Below, piece by piece: positions 12,170 to 25,100 of a DNA stretch of 64,000 nt. Source of the stretch: Octopus sinensis (lineage: Eukaryota); NCBI RefSeq assembly GCF_006345805.1, contig NC_043004.1:68014001-68078000 (forward strand), given 5' to 3'. Both the position numbers and the translations under genes were made by a program. The number at the start of each line of letters is the position of its first letter. Position 1 is the first letter of the stretch. The notes under the pieces are model-generated. The model was not told the origin of the DNA, searched no databases, and saw only the letters and a program-made list of their open reading frames with translations.

Positions 12170-12402
12170 TTTACTCTTTTTTACCCTTTTATTTGTTTCA
12201 GTCATTTGACTGTGGCCATACTGGAGCACCGCCTTTAGTCGAGCAAATCGACCCAAGGATTTATTCTTTGTAAGCCTAGTACATATTCTATCGGTCTCTT
12301 TTGCCGAACCGCTAAGTTATGGGGACATAAACACACCAGCATCGGTTGTCCAGCAATGTTGTGGGTAAACCACAGACACACAAACATACACACACACACA
12401 CG

Positions 12403-12471
<69 letters not shown>

Positions 12472-12506
12472 TATATAAATATATATATATATGTATATAT
12501 ATATAC

Positions 12507-12544
<38 letters not shown>

Positions 12545-12630
12545 TACGACGGGCTTCTTTCAGTTTCCGTCCACCAAATCCACTCACAAGTAGTAAGTTG
12601 GTAAGCAAGCTACTTACGACACAGCCGCTC
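12170..12630 (-). mobile_element. SINE family C, inverted relative to 11608-12035
   Basis: Reverse complement of the same head, microsatellite and tail modules. Confidence 0.8.
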
Positions 12631-12639
12631 CTGGAATGG

Positions 12640-12880
12640 CAATGGCCCAGTGGTTAGAGTAGCCGAATTCCAAGCCGGGTTTTGTGAGTGTTTATAGAGC
12701 GAAAACACCCAAAGCTCCACGAGCCTAGGGCAGAGGGTGGTGAGGAGCACTGCTGTATTCTTCCACCCCAACTTTCTCTCACTCTTTCTTCCTGTTTCTG
12801 TTGTACCTGTATTTCAAAGGTCCAACCTTGTCACATTCACGCTGATTCTGCCCAAGAACTACGTTAAGGGTACACGTGCC
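12640..12880 (+). mobile_element. tRNA-derived SINE (module B + tail Y), partial
   Basis: gcaatggcccagtggttagag head; gagcgaaaacac..aaagctccacg; aagaactacgttaagggtacacgtg. Confidence 0.75.
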
Positions 12881-13479
12881 TGTATTTAACTATTCGTTTC
12901 CTATATAAGCAGTGTAGTAAACATATAAACGCGACAAAATTAGCTTTTGCTTCGTAGATTGCAAATATCAGATGAGCAGCGTTAATCGATTTTCACATCA
13001 CATCATATTTTCAATAGATTTTCAAACCATATAGGATTCTCATCAGAGGTGTCTGCATCAATTCAACCAAGACCAGGGAAACATTCAGACAATCTGTTAT
13101 TTACTCAACAAATACAATCGTTAGCTGGAACTGGAGCTATTCATTTGCTTACTTTGTTAAAACTTTATTTATTATCACCGGTCTGGTTCCAAATGTGAAG
13201 CACGAGGCAAGGTGGATCAGTCATTTACGAAAGAGAATCATTTAAGCTTTTATGTTTATATACATGTAACTATTAGGACTTTTGGATATTTGTCTATTAG
13301 TATGTCGATTAAAGTACATAGGCGGTTTGGACTACCTGATATCATCGTCTGAACGATGTAATTTTCACTGAAGTTACGACAGTAAATCTGCAGTACTTGT
13401 TCGGCATTAAACCCACCCTCCGTTTCCTTTATCAACAATATATACGTGGGTGTATGTGTGTGTGTGTGTAGACAGAGAG

Positions 13480-13516
13480 AGTAAGACAAACAGACAGATA
13501 TGCAGACAGATAAAAA

Positions 13517-13560
<44 letters not shown>

Positions 13561-13712
13561 GCAAATAGACAGAGAGATAGATAGAGAGAGAGATAGACAG
13601 ACAGACAGACAGACATATAGACAGATAGATAGATAGATAGATAGATAGAGATAGATAGATAGATAGATAGATAGATAAATAGATACATAGACAAACATAT
13701 AGATAGATAGAT
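13480..13712. repeat. (GATA)n/(GACA)n microsatellite
   Basis: Visible directly. Confidence 0.95.
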
Positions 13713-14827
13713 ATGTTTCTTTATTCGCCACACAGGGCTGCACACAGACAGGACAAATTACAAGGTAGAGCTTTTCTTTTGGGGGTAAAAAAAGGGGGCT
13801 TGGTTTTCGATCAAAAGGGATCGTAAAAGGAACGAAAGAGGACAAAAAAGAGGGGGATAAAATAAAAAAAAATAAAATAAAAAATAAAAAAGGGGGGAAG
13901 GGAAAGGAAAAAAATTGATCAATAGGGATCGTTATCACAGAAATGTCAATATGAAGTGTAAAGGGGAGGACAGGTGAGGTTTACCCGTGGAAAGAAAAGC
14001 CTACGGAAAAGACCACGGTAACCTCGGTCAATAGAAGTCACATGTTATATTCCTTTTTTTTTTGGCAAATAAGCAACTCTCTGTATTAATTTTTACGGCC
14101 CATAGAATCATAGTCAAGGTGGCTTCGTCATTCATATGTGCCATCCTTGCTACATTCACCCATCTTTTTTTAAAACATTCACTAGACAAACTTGCCTCTC
14201 TACTCTCACTTTCCTCTTCAAGTGATACTTGAAGAAGTTGATGAGAGATTGACCAGAGAGGAAAGTGTTTGTATCTAATCCTTTCAGGCGCGTCCACCAG
14301 ATACAATCTTCCGCCATAGCCACAAGTATGATAAAAATAGCTCTTCCTTCCCGTTTGAAGGAAGGAGGCGTGACGATATTAACGATAGACTCAGCTGATA
14401 AACCGACTCGTCCCACACGTGACAGCAGTCGTTCGACATAAGCCCACAGGTCGGAAATTGTTGGACACTGCACGAGTGCGTGCAGAACGGTTTCGTCGCT
14501 CTGCCCGCATCTCGGGCATCGGCCCCGTGTTTCTCGAGCCGTGTCTGTAGAGCTTATCCCGAACGGGTAGCGCTTCTCGGTAGCACCGTCAGGCCAGGGA
14601 TCTCTGGAAGTTGTCCATAGGTCCCGGCCCGAAAGTCGTTTCAAACAGGCGGGTCAGGTATTCCTCGTCGACGCCCAGGTTTGCCCCAAGATCGTCGTCG
14701 TACCTCCCCTCCACTAATCACCTATAGAATGCTTTGGTTGCGTTGAAGTCACTCAAGGTCGACCCGGGACGGCAGAGTTGCTTGAGGCAACGCGACAATC
14801 GCAGTGCCATTCGCCCTATCTCGGCCT
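13713..14827 (-). mobile_element. Tx1/L1-type LINE, 5'-truncated copy with 3' UTR
   Basis: ORF 14156-14644 contains a CCHC knuckle (CPRCGQSDETVLHALVQC). The coding part is visibly GC-rich. The 3' end reads gaataaagaaacat then (ATCT)n. The 5' junction is tcggcct|atagatag. Confidence 0.85.
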
Positions 14828-15028
<201 letters not shown>

Positions 15029-15443
15029 GATAGAAAATGTGGGACCATACTATACAATACCATATATCTACCCCTTTAATCTTTCGTATATTTGTATTCT
15101 TCCTAAGTTTCCTGGTATAATATATCACTAACTCCCTTTGTATCTATCTATTTATCTAATCTAGCTGCATGTATATATATCCTCGCATGTATATATAATT
15201 TCGGCTGATTATATATATATATGTATATATATTATGTGAAATAGAAAGATGAATAATCTTGTAGTAGATTAATCAAAAGTTTAACCGATACCTTAGTAGC
15301 AAAAATCACAGCAGTAAACAGCACGGTTGGAGGTACAACCATCTGGCGTTGCAACCGTGCGTTGGTGCGGATAATTGAATTTAAAACATTATTGGTGAAT
15401 TGAAGAAATGGAGCTGAACGCAGATTGAAACAGAAATCGTTTT

Positions 15444-15532
15444 ATTCATTCTACACGTGTTCGAAAGGCACAAATTACCAAAATCCGATTGAATAATGGG
15501 ACCATATTGTGTCTTTCTCTTCAGGAAGAAAA
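15444..15532 (-). ncRNA. Type I hammerhead in the sense pLTR, missing one core A (GAAC)
   Basis: Same as 18771-18859 but reads tttc-GAA-CACGTGTA. Confidence 0.6.
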
Positions 15533-16118
15533 AAGGAAATCCGTTGGAAAAACAAAAACAGAACAGAGGCGGAGCAAAAACAAATCGGACTATGCTCCTA
15601 AGAGCCCATGGCGAAACTGTTTATCAGTGTATGTTGAGAACCGGTGGCTGAAGAATTCAACGGGTCAGGCATCGGTCAATCATGTGGGTGAGGGTGTATA
15701 GATTCTTTGTGACCGAGAATAAAGTTCTGACTATTTAAGGAATATTGGATGTTTTATAAGGGGCGAGAAAAAATCTACTTAGAGACGTGTGTGTGTGTAT
15801 ACTGTTCTATATATGTGTGTGTTGGCGTAGGGGTAGAAAACATTTTTTGTGTACGTGTGTGCGTTTGATCGTTCGGCTGTCAGTGGCTACTGCCGTGATA
15901 ACCGTTGGGTGGCAGAAAGAAAAAAAATATATATATTATGTTTTATGTGTGTGTGTTCATCTAAGCCTGCCTTGTCAAGGAAACCCCCCGCTGTGAAAAA
16001 ACCAAGCCCCGTTTGTCTTACAGGAGTAATTCCCCTTGCAGTGGTTAATCGTAGATATCTTAAAGGCTATTTCAGAATTTGTACCAAGGGCTATGGGTGC
16101 CGGTATTATTTATAAACG

Positions 16119-18470
16119 CTATTTAAAAGCCAGATAAGTGTAACGCCGCCAATGGGGGCATCGAAAAGCCGACTGTAAGAGCCCGTTTACCATCCGGCCT
16201 CTGGCAAACAAAATATGGAAGAGTTCGGAGACACAAAGGTTGCACTGTCTTCTGCCCCTATCAAATGGGAGGGCCACCGACAAAATTGACCATCCAGCCT
16301 ATAGCTTAAGTTCGTATCCTTCGGTCGCCATATTAGCTTACTGAGTCCCGTGGTCTGGCGCTTGTTCACGTCCCGAAAAGTTGCGTAATGGTTGGAGACA
16401 CGCAAAGACAATCTTGAGGATGATGCCCCTACATAAGAGTGAAGACATCTGAGTCCGTGTAAACCTTGCATTGGTAGACGGCTTTTTGATCTTGGAGTTC
16501 GCCGACGTGAATCTTAATCTGCTAGGATTAGTTCCTGAAATTAGAACTGCGTTCCTGTCACTATGTTCGTTCCGAGACCTGCAGCCGCTTACTACTATAT
16601 ATTTTCCACTACGTCACTATTAACTATAGGAATAACCCCTGATTCTCCACTATCTATCAGAGTGCTGTCATTGCTACTGCCCGTGGTGCTGCTATTGCGG
16701 GAAATGATGCTGGGGATGCTATTGGGGCTCTCTACCCTACTCCCATTGTTACCGTCAACCACAACACCCCTATTTATAACTATACCCCTAGTGGGTACTC
16801 CCTGGCTGGAGCTGAGATTATGTGTCACTGTACTGGCTCTCATATCATTATTACTACTATAATTATTCCTACTGAGCATTAAACCGGGAGCGGAAGAGGC
16901 TGTGCCTCCGGAAAAAGGTGATAGGGTCTTAGTAAGTGGCCTATTATTATGGGAGGCGATTATCTGGGCGAGGTTTTTAGTGTTGGAGGAAGCTATCCTA
17001 ACTTTATGTGAGTTAACCGTGGAGTAATATTTGGAATTTCTGGGGAAGTTATTGGCGATGGCTTGTCTAAACATGAGGGGGAGGTTAGTTCTAATCTGCT
17101 TACCAAAGGGGATTACAAACCATATATGCTTATTCCTATCAGTGTGACGCCAGCTCTCGCATTCGGGTGGGTGATTCTCGGATGAATAACGGGTCTTGGG
17201 TTAGTGTAAGACCTCCCGGACCGTATTATCCTCCTTGTTCGCTAAATTAAATGCGGGAGCGACTACCCCGGCATCCGCCGCGCTCCCGTCCTTACTTAAA
17301 ATGTTAATGTTATTATATACGGCCCTATCCTGATGACCGAATGATGGCATCGGAAGGGCCGGATCAATATAAATTACCTTCTGCCTATAACCGGCCTTGA
17401 TAGTGCGGCGTTATAAAATTCCGCTTTCTGCATAAAAATATCGGCACTGGCGGACAAGCCAGACAATCTTAGAGAGATGTTTTTAACCAAATTGTCTGTT
17501 ACGGTTTTGGCATGATTTGAGAAGACACTGACATACTTCAAATTAGTGGAAGGCTTATGGTAAGGGCAGTATGAGTCGCTATTAAGGTTAAGTGTAACGT
17601 CTAGGAAATTAGCCTTGGTGAGTTCATTATCAAAAACTATACTCATGCCCATTCTATTAAAAACCTAGCTAACCTGCTCTTAGTTTTCTGCACTATTCTG
17701 TTCGTGGTGTTTTGCAGGTAAAACAGACAATCGTCACGATACAGGCCGCCCGCGATCTCCGGAATTGGTCGGACAATTCGTAGAGAATATATATTCCGAC
17801 CAAATCGGCTATCTGCGCACTATCCGAACTACCATAGGCACACATCAAATTCATTGGGAGTATCTTTACGGATCCACAACTTATTATCAAACTTAATAAA
17901 CGATTTCCTGGCAACTAAAATGATATCTATCTCTTCTCTGGTGAGGCCAGCCTTGTTGTGAGCATGCCAGAGGGCCTTATTTAGCACACTAGGGTTAATC
18001 GAGGGGTAGAAGCTGGCGATATCAAACTGAATGAACCTAGTACGGTTCTTATTGGGGATGGAAGAGAACCACTTCACTACCTGCGAGGAGTTGGCCCAGA
18101 GGCTGAGCTTCAGCTTGTTACTAAACTAGGGATATATTTATCTAAAATGTACTTACTGAATCTCCCGATATCAGATCTAGCAGGCATATGAGTCTTAGCG
18201 CTGGGTTGGTGTGGAAGTTAGGTTTATGGTCCTTCACTATAAATCTGGGTTGCTTGGGGCTAAGCGGCTGAGTTCTCATTTGAATTCGGTGTTTAAATAT
18301 TATTTCCTTAATTTCCAAGTTTACCTTCCTCAGGGTACTCCAATTGGTTTTTCTATAATTTTTCTTGATCTCTTTACCGAGTAAATCTAGGTACTGCTTA
18401 ATGGGCATCTTGTATGTGTTCCTGGTCTTGTCGGACTGGACCAGGACTCCGTCCGTTCTATTAATGTCCT
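16119..18470 (-). pseudogene. PLE polyprotein (RT-thumb-GIY-YIG), frameshifted
   Basis: SDKTRNTYKM, VKDHKPNF, RFIQFDIASFYPSI, GSSDSAQIADLVG, GLYRDD, FLDVTLNL, PYHKP..YVSVFSNH, IWFVIPF, AVYQCKV..YVGAS..RVSNH, CNLC, CPH, then stop TAG at 16119-16121. The motifs are spread over several frames. Confidence 0.9.
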
Positions 18471-18770
18471 TACGCCAACACACACATATATAGAACAGTA
18501 TACACACACACACGTCTCTAAGTAGATTTTTTCTCGCCCCTTATAAAACATCCAATATTCCTTAAATAGTCAGAACTTTATTCTCGGTCACAAAGAACAT
18601 CTATACACACTCACCCACATGATTGACCGATGCCTGACCTGTTGAATTCTTCAGCCACCGGTTCTCAACATACACTGATAAACAGTTTCGCCATGGGCTC
18701 TCAGGAGCATAGTCCGATTTGTTTTTGCTCCGCCTCTGTTCTGTTTTTGTTTTTCCAACGGATTTCCTTT

Positions 18771-18859
18771 TTTCTTCCTGAAGAGAAAGACACAATATGG
18801 TCCCATTATTCAATCGGATTTTGGTAATTTGTGCCTTTCGAAACACGTGTAGAATGAAA
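18771..18859 (+). ncRNA. Type I hammerhead ribozyme in the inverted pLTR
   Basis: TTTCTTC-CTGAAGA-GAAAGACACAA(33 nt)TTGTGCCTTTC-GAA-ACACGTGT-A-GAATGAAA. Stem II pairs 10 of 11. Stem III is palindromic. Triplet GUA, predicted cleavage after A18851. Confidence 0.8.
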
Positions 18860-18912
18860 TAATACGATTTCTGTTTCAATCTGCGTTCAGCTCCATTTCT
18901 TCAATTCACCAA

Positions 18913-18945
<33 letters not shown>

Positions 18946-18946
<1 letters not shown>

Positions 18947-19065
18947 ATCAGCCGAAATTGCGAGGATGATCTGGTTCTTGACTGAAGATTGAAGGCTCGA
19001 ATGTCCCGTCCCTGATTTTTGTATCGTCTTCTAAATATTTTGCGTTCTTGTCCCAGTTTGCATTT
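18946..19065 (+). mobile_element. Fragment of an interspersed repeat (possibly another PLE terminal repeat)
   Basis: Reverse complement of about 43850-43970 (aatcagccgaaattgc..gttcttgactgaag..cgaatgtcccgtcc). Confidence 0.65.
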
Positions 19066-19069
19066 TTTT

Positions 19070-19071
19070 AC

Positions 19072-19141
<70 letters not shown>

Positions 19142-19572
19142 ATAAATAAATATGTATACATATATATATATATATATATACATATACATACACACACACA
19201 CAGAGACATTGGTGTATATATATAGACTAGCCTTCTAAGAGTGTAGACATGAATCTGTAGGTACGCGTACGTATGTGTATATACGTGAATGTATGTAGAT
19301 GTATGTATGTATGAATATAACGCGTGCGTGCGTGTATGTGTATGAGTGTACGAATGAGTGAGTGTACGTGCTAAAGAGTGTGCGTGAGTGAATGAGTGCT
19401 TGTTTTCCAGTAGACAGATAAATGGACTGGCTGTCATAGCCAATATGTTTGTGACCAAGCGGCCAAAGATAACAAAAGTAATAAACGAAGATAATAAAAT
19501 TAAAATTAGGGAATGGGTCTGTATTTGTATGTGTATATATATGTGTGTATGTGTAGGTATGCATAGGTACAC

Positions 19573-19612
<40 letters not shown>

Positions 19613-19975
19613 ATATGTATGTATGTGTGTGTATATGTGTGTGTATGTGTATATATGTGTATATAGGGACTAGTGTGCTGTGTGTGCACGTGTGTGTGTG
19701 GATATATGTGTGTGTATGCGTGTATGTGAGTATGTGTGTGTATGTGTATATATATTTTTCTGTGCGTATATGTATGTGTGGTCGTGTGTGTATATATACA
19801 TGTGTGTATACGTGTATGCATGTGAGTGTGCGTATGTATACATATATGTGTATGTGTAGATATGTATATGTATGTGTAAGTGTATATATATGTATATATA
19901 TGTGTGTGTATGTATGTGTGTATGTATATGTATATATGTTTGTATGTGTGTGTATGTATGTATACATGTGTGCAT
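19070..19975. repeat. (AT)n/(GT)n/(GTAT)n compound microsatellite field
   Basis: Visible directly. Similar fields occur at 22800-23640, 29590-31500, 43200-43850, 55730-56260 and 59760-60090. Confidence 0.95.
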
Positions 19976-20207
19976 AGGTATAAGTGAGAATCTCCTTATT
20001 TACCTAAAACTCTATTCCCCTTTTTTTTATATATAGATTTTTTATTTTTTTATTTTTTTATTTATTCTTCTATCTAATTTAACACTGACTCCTTGACCAC
20101 TCCCCCAAGTATGATATTTTGCGCTATGCCTACCCCCAAAAAGTCCCCCACCAACACCCCTTTAAACTTGCCTAAATGTATAAATGCCAATACAATTCTT
20201 GTTAACT

Positions 20208-20258
20208 AGCTTCCTGAAGATTTCTCTTGAATGAAACAGTTCTAGTCCTGTAGAAGCT
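20208..20258 (+). ncRNA. Type I hammerhead ribozyme with hairpin stem III (monomer-competent)
   Basis: AGCTTC-CTGAAGA-T.TTC(TCTT)GAA.T-GAA-ACAG(TTCTAGTC)CTGT-A-GAAGCT. Stem I is 6/6 and stem III is 4/4. Triplet GUA, predicted cleavage after A20252. The 10.1-11.1 position is a U.U mismatch. Confidence 0.75.
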
Positions 20259-20345
20259 CCTTCTATATAATAACTTAATTTTACTCTGCTATGTATTGAG
20301 TACCTTATTTACTGTGGTTAACCCCGAATCAACCGGGACCTACAT

Positions 20346-20393
<48 letters not shown>

Positions 20394-20945
20394 TATATAA
20401 TTCATAAAATTAGTTTCTAAACACTTTCAATTTAGCCATAAGTTCTATAGAATTTTTAAATGGAATACTGAATGTTAGGTATTCTTGTTGCAAAATTTCC
20501 TCGTATATGAATCAGCATAACACGAAAATTATTACAAGCAGCCACAGTACTGAATCTTATCTGAGGAACTGCAACTTCAAACATAAGAGTTGCTGTCCGT
20601 TGCAAGTTAAAAGTCTTCAAAAAGTAGTCTTTTATAAAGCTAATTGGCAAGTAGATGGTTCACAAGGTATAAAAATTACTCAGTGTCTTCCCAAAATTCA
20701 TTCAAGACTCGGTTTTATTCCCATCGAAATTTTTTCGGATACACCGAGCATGGGACAGTAACAAGTCTTGCAAAGCATGCCTCAGAATTGAAAGAGAACT
20801 GTATTAATAAATAAAATAACACACACAGCAGGGATATATTATATATATAGTAATTTGAACGTGGCACGAGAAACATTAAAAGTAATTACCCGATCAACAA
20901 CGGGTATTACTGCCAGTATGTACGTATGCATGTATGCATGTATGT

Positions 20946-21004
<59 letters not shown>

Positions 21005-21204
21005 GTCGAACGACGAAAATCAGTACTGAACACCGTATTGATGCATAGAGTTTCTTTCTTTATGTACTGAGGCTACCTGCAGAGGCGAACACCACTTCTC
21101 CATATGATCGGATTGATATATTCTTACGGTATTACGATATTTTTCCTAACATGAAACCAAAGATAGCCTTAATACGTAAATAAAATATATACATAGATAT
21201 ATGC

Positions 21205-21540
21205 CGAGGCGCAATGGACCACTTGTAAGGGCTGCGGACTTGCAGTTGTAGGATCGCGGTTTCGAAACAACCTTAAGCTCCACGAAGTTTCGGCAGGGGG
21301 TGGTAACGAATCCTGGTGTACTCTTTCACCACAAATTTCTCTCACTCTTTCTTCCTGTTTCTGTTGTACCTGTATTTCAAAGGCCAGCCTTGTCACACTC
21401 TGTGTCATGCTGAATCTCCCTGAGAACTACTTTAAAGGTACACATGTTTGTGGAGTGCTCAGCCACTTGCACGTTAACTTCACGAGCAGGCTGTTCCGTT
21501 GATTGGATCAACTAGAACTCTCGCAACCGGCGGAGTGCCA
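21205..21540 (+). mobile_element. tRNA-derived SINE (module B + tail Y), internally deleted
   Basis: gaggcgcaatgg head; shared body with 22038-22411 and 39395-39772. Confidence 0.85.
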
Positions 21541-21548
21541 TGACATAC

Positions 21549-21617
<69 letters not shown>

Positions 21618-22037
21618 TATATATATATATATATTGCTTAACCTCATCAAATCTTGCTCACCGAATGATAAGGTTCAATGATCACGAAGGACCAAATCCT
21701 TTCAAAGTTTGATATATATATATCTATATCTTAAGTCTGCAGCTTGATTACTCTAGCGCCTGATGTTACGGGGATATAAACACCGTTTAGAAGGGATTCA
21801 GACACACACACACACGCACACACACATATACATGTGTAAATGTATGTACATATGCATGTGTGTGCGGATGTATGTACACGTATACGTATTTAATAAAATG
21901 GTGAGTCCTTGAAAATACATTTTGCTTCGTTCCAGAACATTCATTAATAATAAAGAAAATCCAAAGTTTTATGCGTAAATACACATACACGTATATTGCA
22001 TTCGCTTGTATAAATTCCTTCTATATATCCAATTATA

Positions 22038-22411
22038 GGAAGGAAGCACTCCGTCGGTTACGACCACGAGGGCTCCGGTTGATCCGAATCAACGGAACAG
22101 CCTGCTCGTGAAATTAACGTGTAAGTGGCTGAGCACTCCGCAGACACGTGTACCCTTAACGTAGTTCTCGGGGATATTCAGCGTGACACAGAGAGGGACA
22201 AGGCCGGCCCTTTGAAATACAGGTACAACAGAAACAGGAAGTAAGAATGAGAGAAAGGTGTGGTGAAAGAGTACAGCAAGGATCACCACCATCCCCTGCC
22301 GGAGCCTGTGGAGCTTTAGGTGTTTTCGCTCAATAAACACTCTGGGAATTGAAACCGCGATCCTATGACCGCGAGTCCGCTGCCCTAACCACTGGGCCAT
22401 TGCGCCTCCAC
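22038..22411 (-). mobile_element. Full-length tRNA-derived SINE (module B + tail Y) with 13-bp TSD
   Basis: Head gtggaggcgcaatggcccagtggttagggcagcggactcgcggtc. atatccaattata occurs at 22025-22037 and 22412-22424. Confidence 0.9.
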
Positions 22412-22920
22412 ATATCCAATTATATACGTAGACACACGAATACATATGTTCATAGAAACATTGAAACAGTAAAATACAGGTGGACCACAATCGCTCTCGC
22501 TATCTGTCGCTAATGCCTTTTCCGTTTCTCGTCCCTGTCTCTCGCTATCTTCATGTATGCACCTGTATGTGTAAGAGAAGAGAGAGAGTGTGTGTGTGCG
22601 TGTGTGTGTGTCTTAGAATATGATAAATGGAAATTATGGTTACTTTAACTGCAACATAACTCTATACACCCAGCTGAAGACGTGGACAGTTTCCGATAAT
22701 TCAATAAAGATAGAGAATAGAGATTTGAAAGTAGGCATTCAATATTGTTTTTTTAACATCGATATTTTGATTTTAATGAAATTTCAATTATCATAACAAC
22801 ATGAAGAAATATACTAATACCCTAATACACTAATACATACATGAATGCGCATTCACACGCACACAGAGTTCCAGAAATATATGTATGTATATCGCAAGCT
22901 ATATACGTAGACACACAGCT

Positions 22921-23011
<91 letters not shown>

Positions 23012-23463
23012 TTATATATATATATATGTATATAGACATACATACTCATACACAAGGACACAAATATGTAGTGTATATATATATATATGTCCACATATAT
23101 GTGTGCCTGCGTGTATGGTCTGTGTTTGTGTATTATGTATGCATATATTTGCATATATGAATATATATGTATTTATATGTATATATTTACATATAGAAAC
23201 CTATATATATATACATAATCACACAACAATATCGGTAGATATTTAAATAGTTATATATTTCTCTACGTCTCTATATGCAGTCACACACGCATTAACAGAC
23301 AAATACATGCAGACACATGCAGACACATACATATACATATGTACAAGCAATAATACATAAATGCAAATATTCATCCGCATATATATATATATACATATAA
23401 TGTATATGTGTGTGATACATGTGCGTTTATGCGTATATGTGTGTATATATATATTATATATAT

Positions 23464-23559
<96 letters not shown>

Positions 23560-24216
23560 TAAGTGTATGTTTGTGTGTGTGCATATGCATATAAATTAAT
23601 ATGTATGTATGTATGTATGTATGTACGCATGCATGTGCGTATAAGTCTGTGTAAATTTCAGAAACATTTTACTGTCAATGCTTGGTTAGAGTTTTGTGGT
23701 TTGTGAAAATTGAAATGCGTATTGATCTACAGTCTCTTTGCATTTACATGTCAATAAATAGATTTTAAAGTCTAGAGAAAAAGAAAAAGAGACAGATGCG
23801 GATTTTGATCAAAATATCTCCTTTTTTTCTTCTTAGCATATGCTCTCTAAGAGCACTTACATTTGTGAAGACATGTGTGTAAACACATTGGTATTCTTGG
23901 ATACAGGCATACCCACGAAAGCAGAGAACGAAAACAAAATCCATACAAATAATTTTCTTCGATCCTCGCATGTATATGACTAGAAATTAAAGTTAGCCAA
24001 AACATCATGAAATGTTTGTATTCAGCCAGTTGTATTAGTCAAACATGTGTGGGGGGATCTGATCTTTCATTCACATGTTTAAGAAAACCACATATATTTG
24101 ATTTTCTATGGAACTATATGAACACGCAAAACTTGTCTCCAGTTTCCATTCATATTACAGATCAATAAACAAAACTTCCTTCCATTCTAGCTCTCTTTAT
24201 CACTTCCCCTCTCTTC

Positions 24217-24273
<57 letters not shown>

Positions 24274-24781
24274 CATCTATCGAACCATCTATCTATCTAA
24301 AGTTATCTCTGCATGTGTGAGCATCTGTATGTGTCTGTTTAGATATGAGAGCACGTGCTATTGCGTGCTTGAGTGTGTTTGTGTAAGTGCGAGTGTGGTG
24401 CTTATGAACGTAAGTACGAACCTGTATGTTTAATTCATGTGCGTAGTATTGCATAAATGAATGTTTATTACATTATCTTTTTTTACTTTCACACGAATTT
24501 TTACTCGCATTTCCTTTGCATCACCAAGGTATAAGTTTATCTCTAAATATCCTCGTTGTTCAAGTCCGATCTACAGGGTGAGATCTGTCAGCGTTTCTCT
24601 CAGCCGCTTTATGATGCCAGTAACACAAATGACAGTCATCAGAAGCATTTTTACCCATAAACTAAAATACTGTGATGCAATTTATTTGCAAGGAGCGCAT
24701 ACAAAGATATGGAAAATATTTCTAAAACATATTTTACTATTGTGCCTTCTGCACGTGTTGCTAAGTGTCGATGTAAAGTTG

Positions 24782-24833
<52 letters not shown>

Positions 24834-24864
24834 TAGAAAGTTTGGTCAAATTTGTTTATGGAAG

Positions 24865-25100
24865 CCCGAAAGACACTGCAATACATACCAGTCTCTCATC
24901 CCCAAGCCACCATTGTTATCCTAGGGAAATGCAAAGGTCGATACAGTTTGGCACCAGTGACGTAGCAAGTTGTTGCTACAGCTTAATGGACTGAAGCAAT
25001 ATGAAATAAAGTGTTTTGCTCGAAAGGACAACACTTTGCCCGTTCCGGGAAACGAACTCACTACCTCATGATTGTCAGTCCAACATTCTAACCACGCATA
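24865..25100 (-). mobile_element. tRNA-type SINE related to module A, different tail
   Basis: Minus strand gcgtggttagaatgttggactgacaatcatgaggtagtgagttcgtttccc...gagcaaaacactttatttca. Confidence 0.6.

Larger units (their letters stand above)
15236..18912 (-). mobile_element. Young 5'-truncated Penelope-like element (Naiad-like by motifs) with inverted terminal repeat
   Basis: 15391-15829 is the reverse complement of 18470-18912, with about seven differences by eye. RT and GIY-YIG lie between. A 3' pLTR with an inverted 5' pLTR is the known PLE architecture. Confidence 0.92.

Noticed and set aside
15830-16118. SECIS element, since some Naiad PLEs are reported to encode selenoproteins
   Set aside because: I found no AUGA/GA quartet stem by eye in the 3' region. 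SECISearch on the family consensus would be decisive.
17325-17365. CTGATGA followed by a ccga/tcgg stem
   Set aside because: No GAAA or stem III follows. It is antisense to PLE coding sequence and probably chance.
18965-19010. CTGAAGA...GAAT motif in the 19.0/43.9-kb repeat family
   Set aside because: It lacks A15.1 and a formable stem II, so it is not called a hammerhead.
21205-22411. tRNA genes suggested by A/B boxes, here and in other SINE heads
   Set aside because: They continue into SINE bodies and lack a complete cloverleaf.
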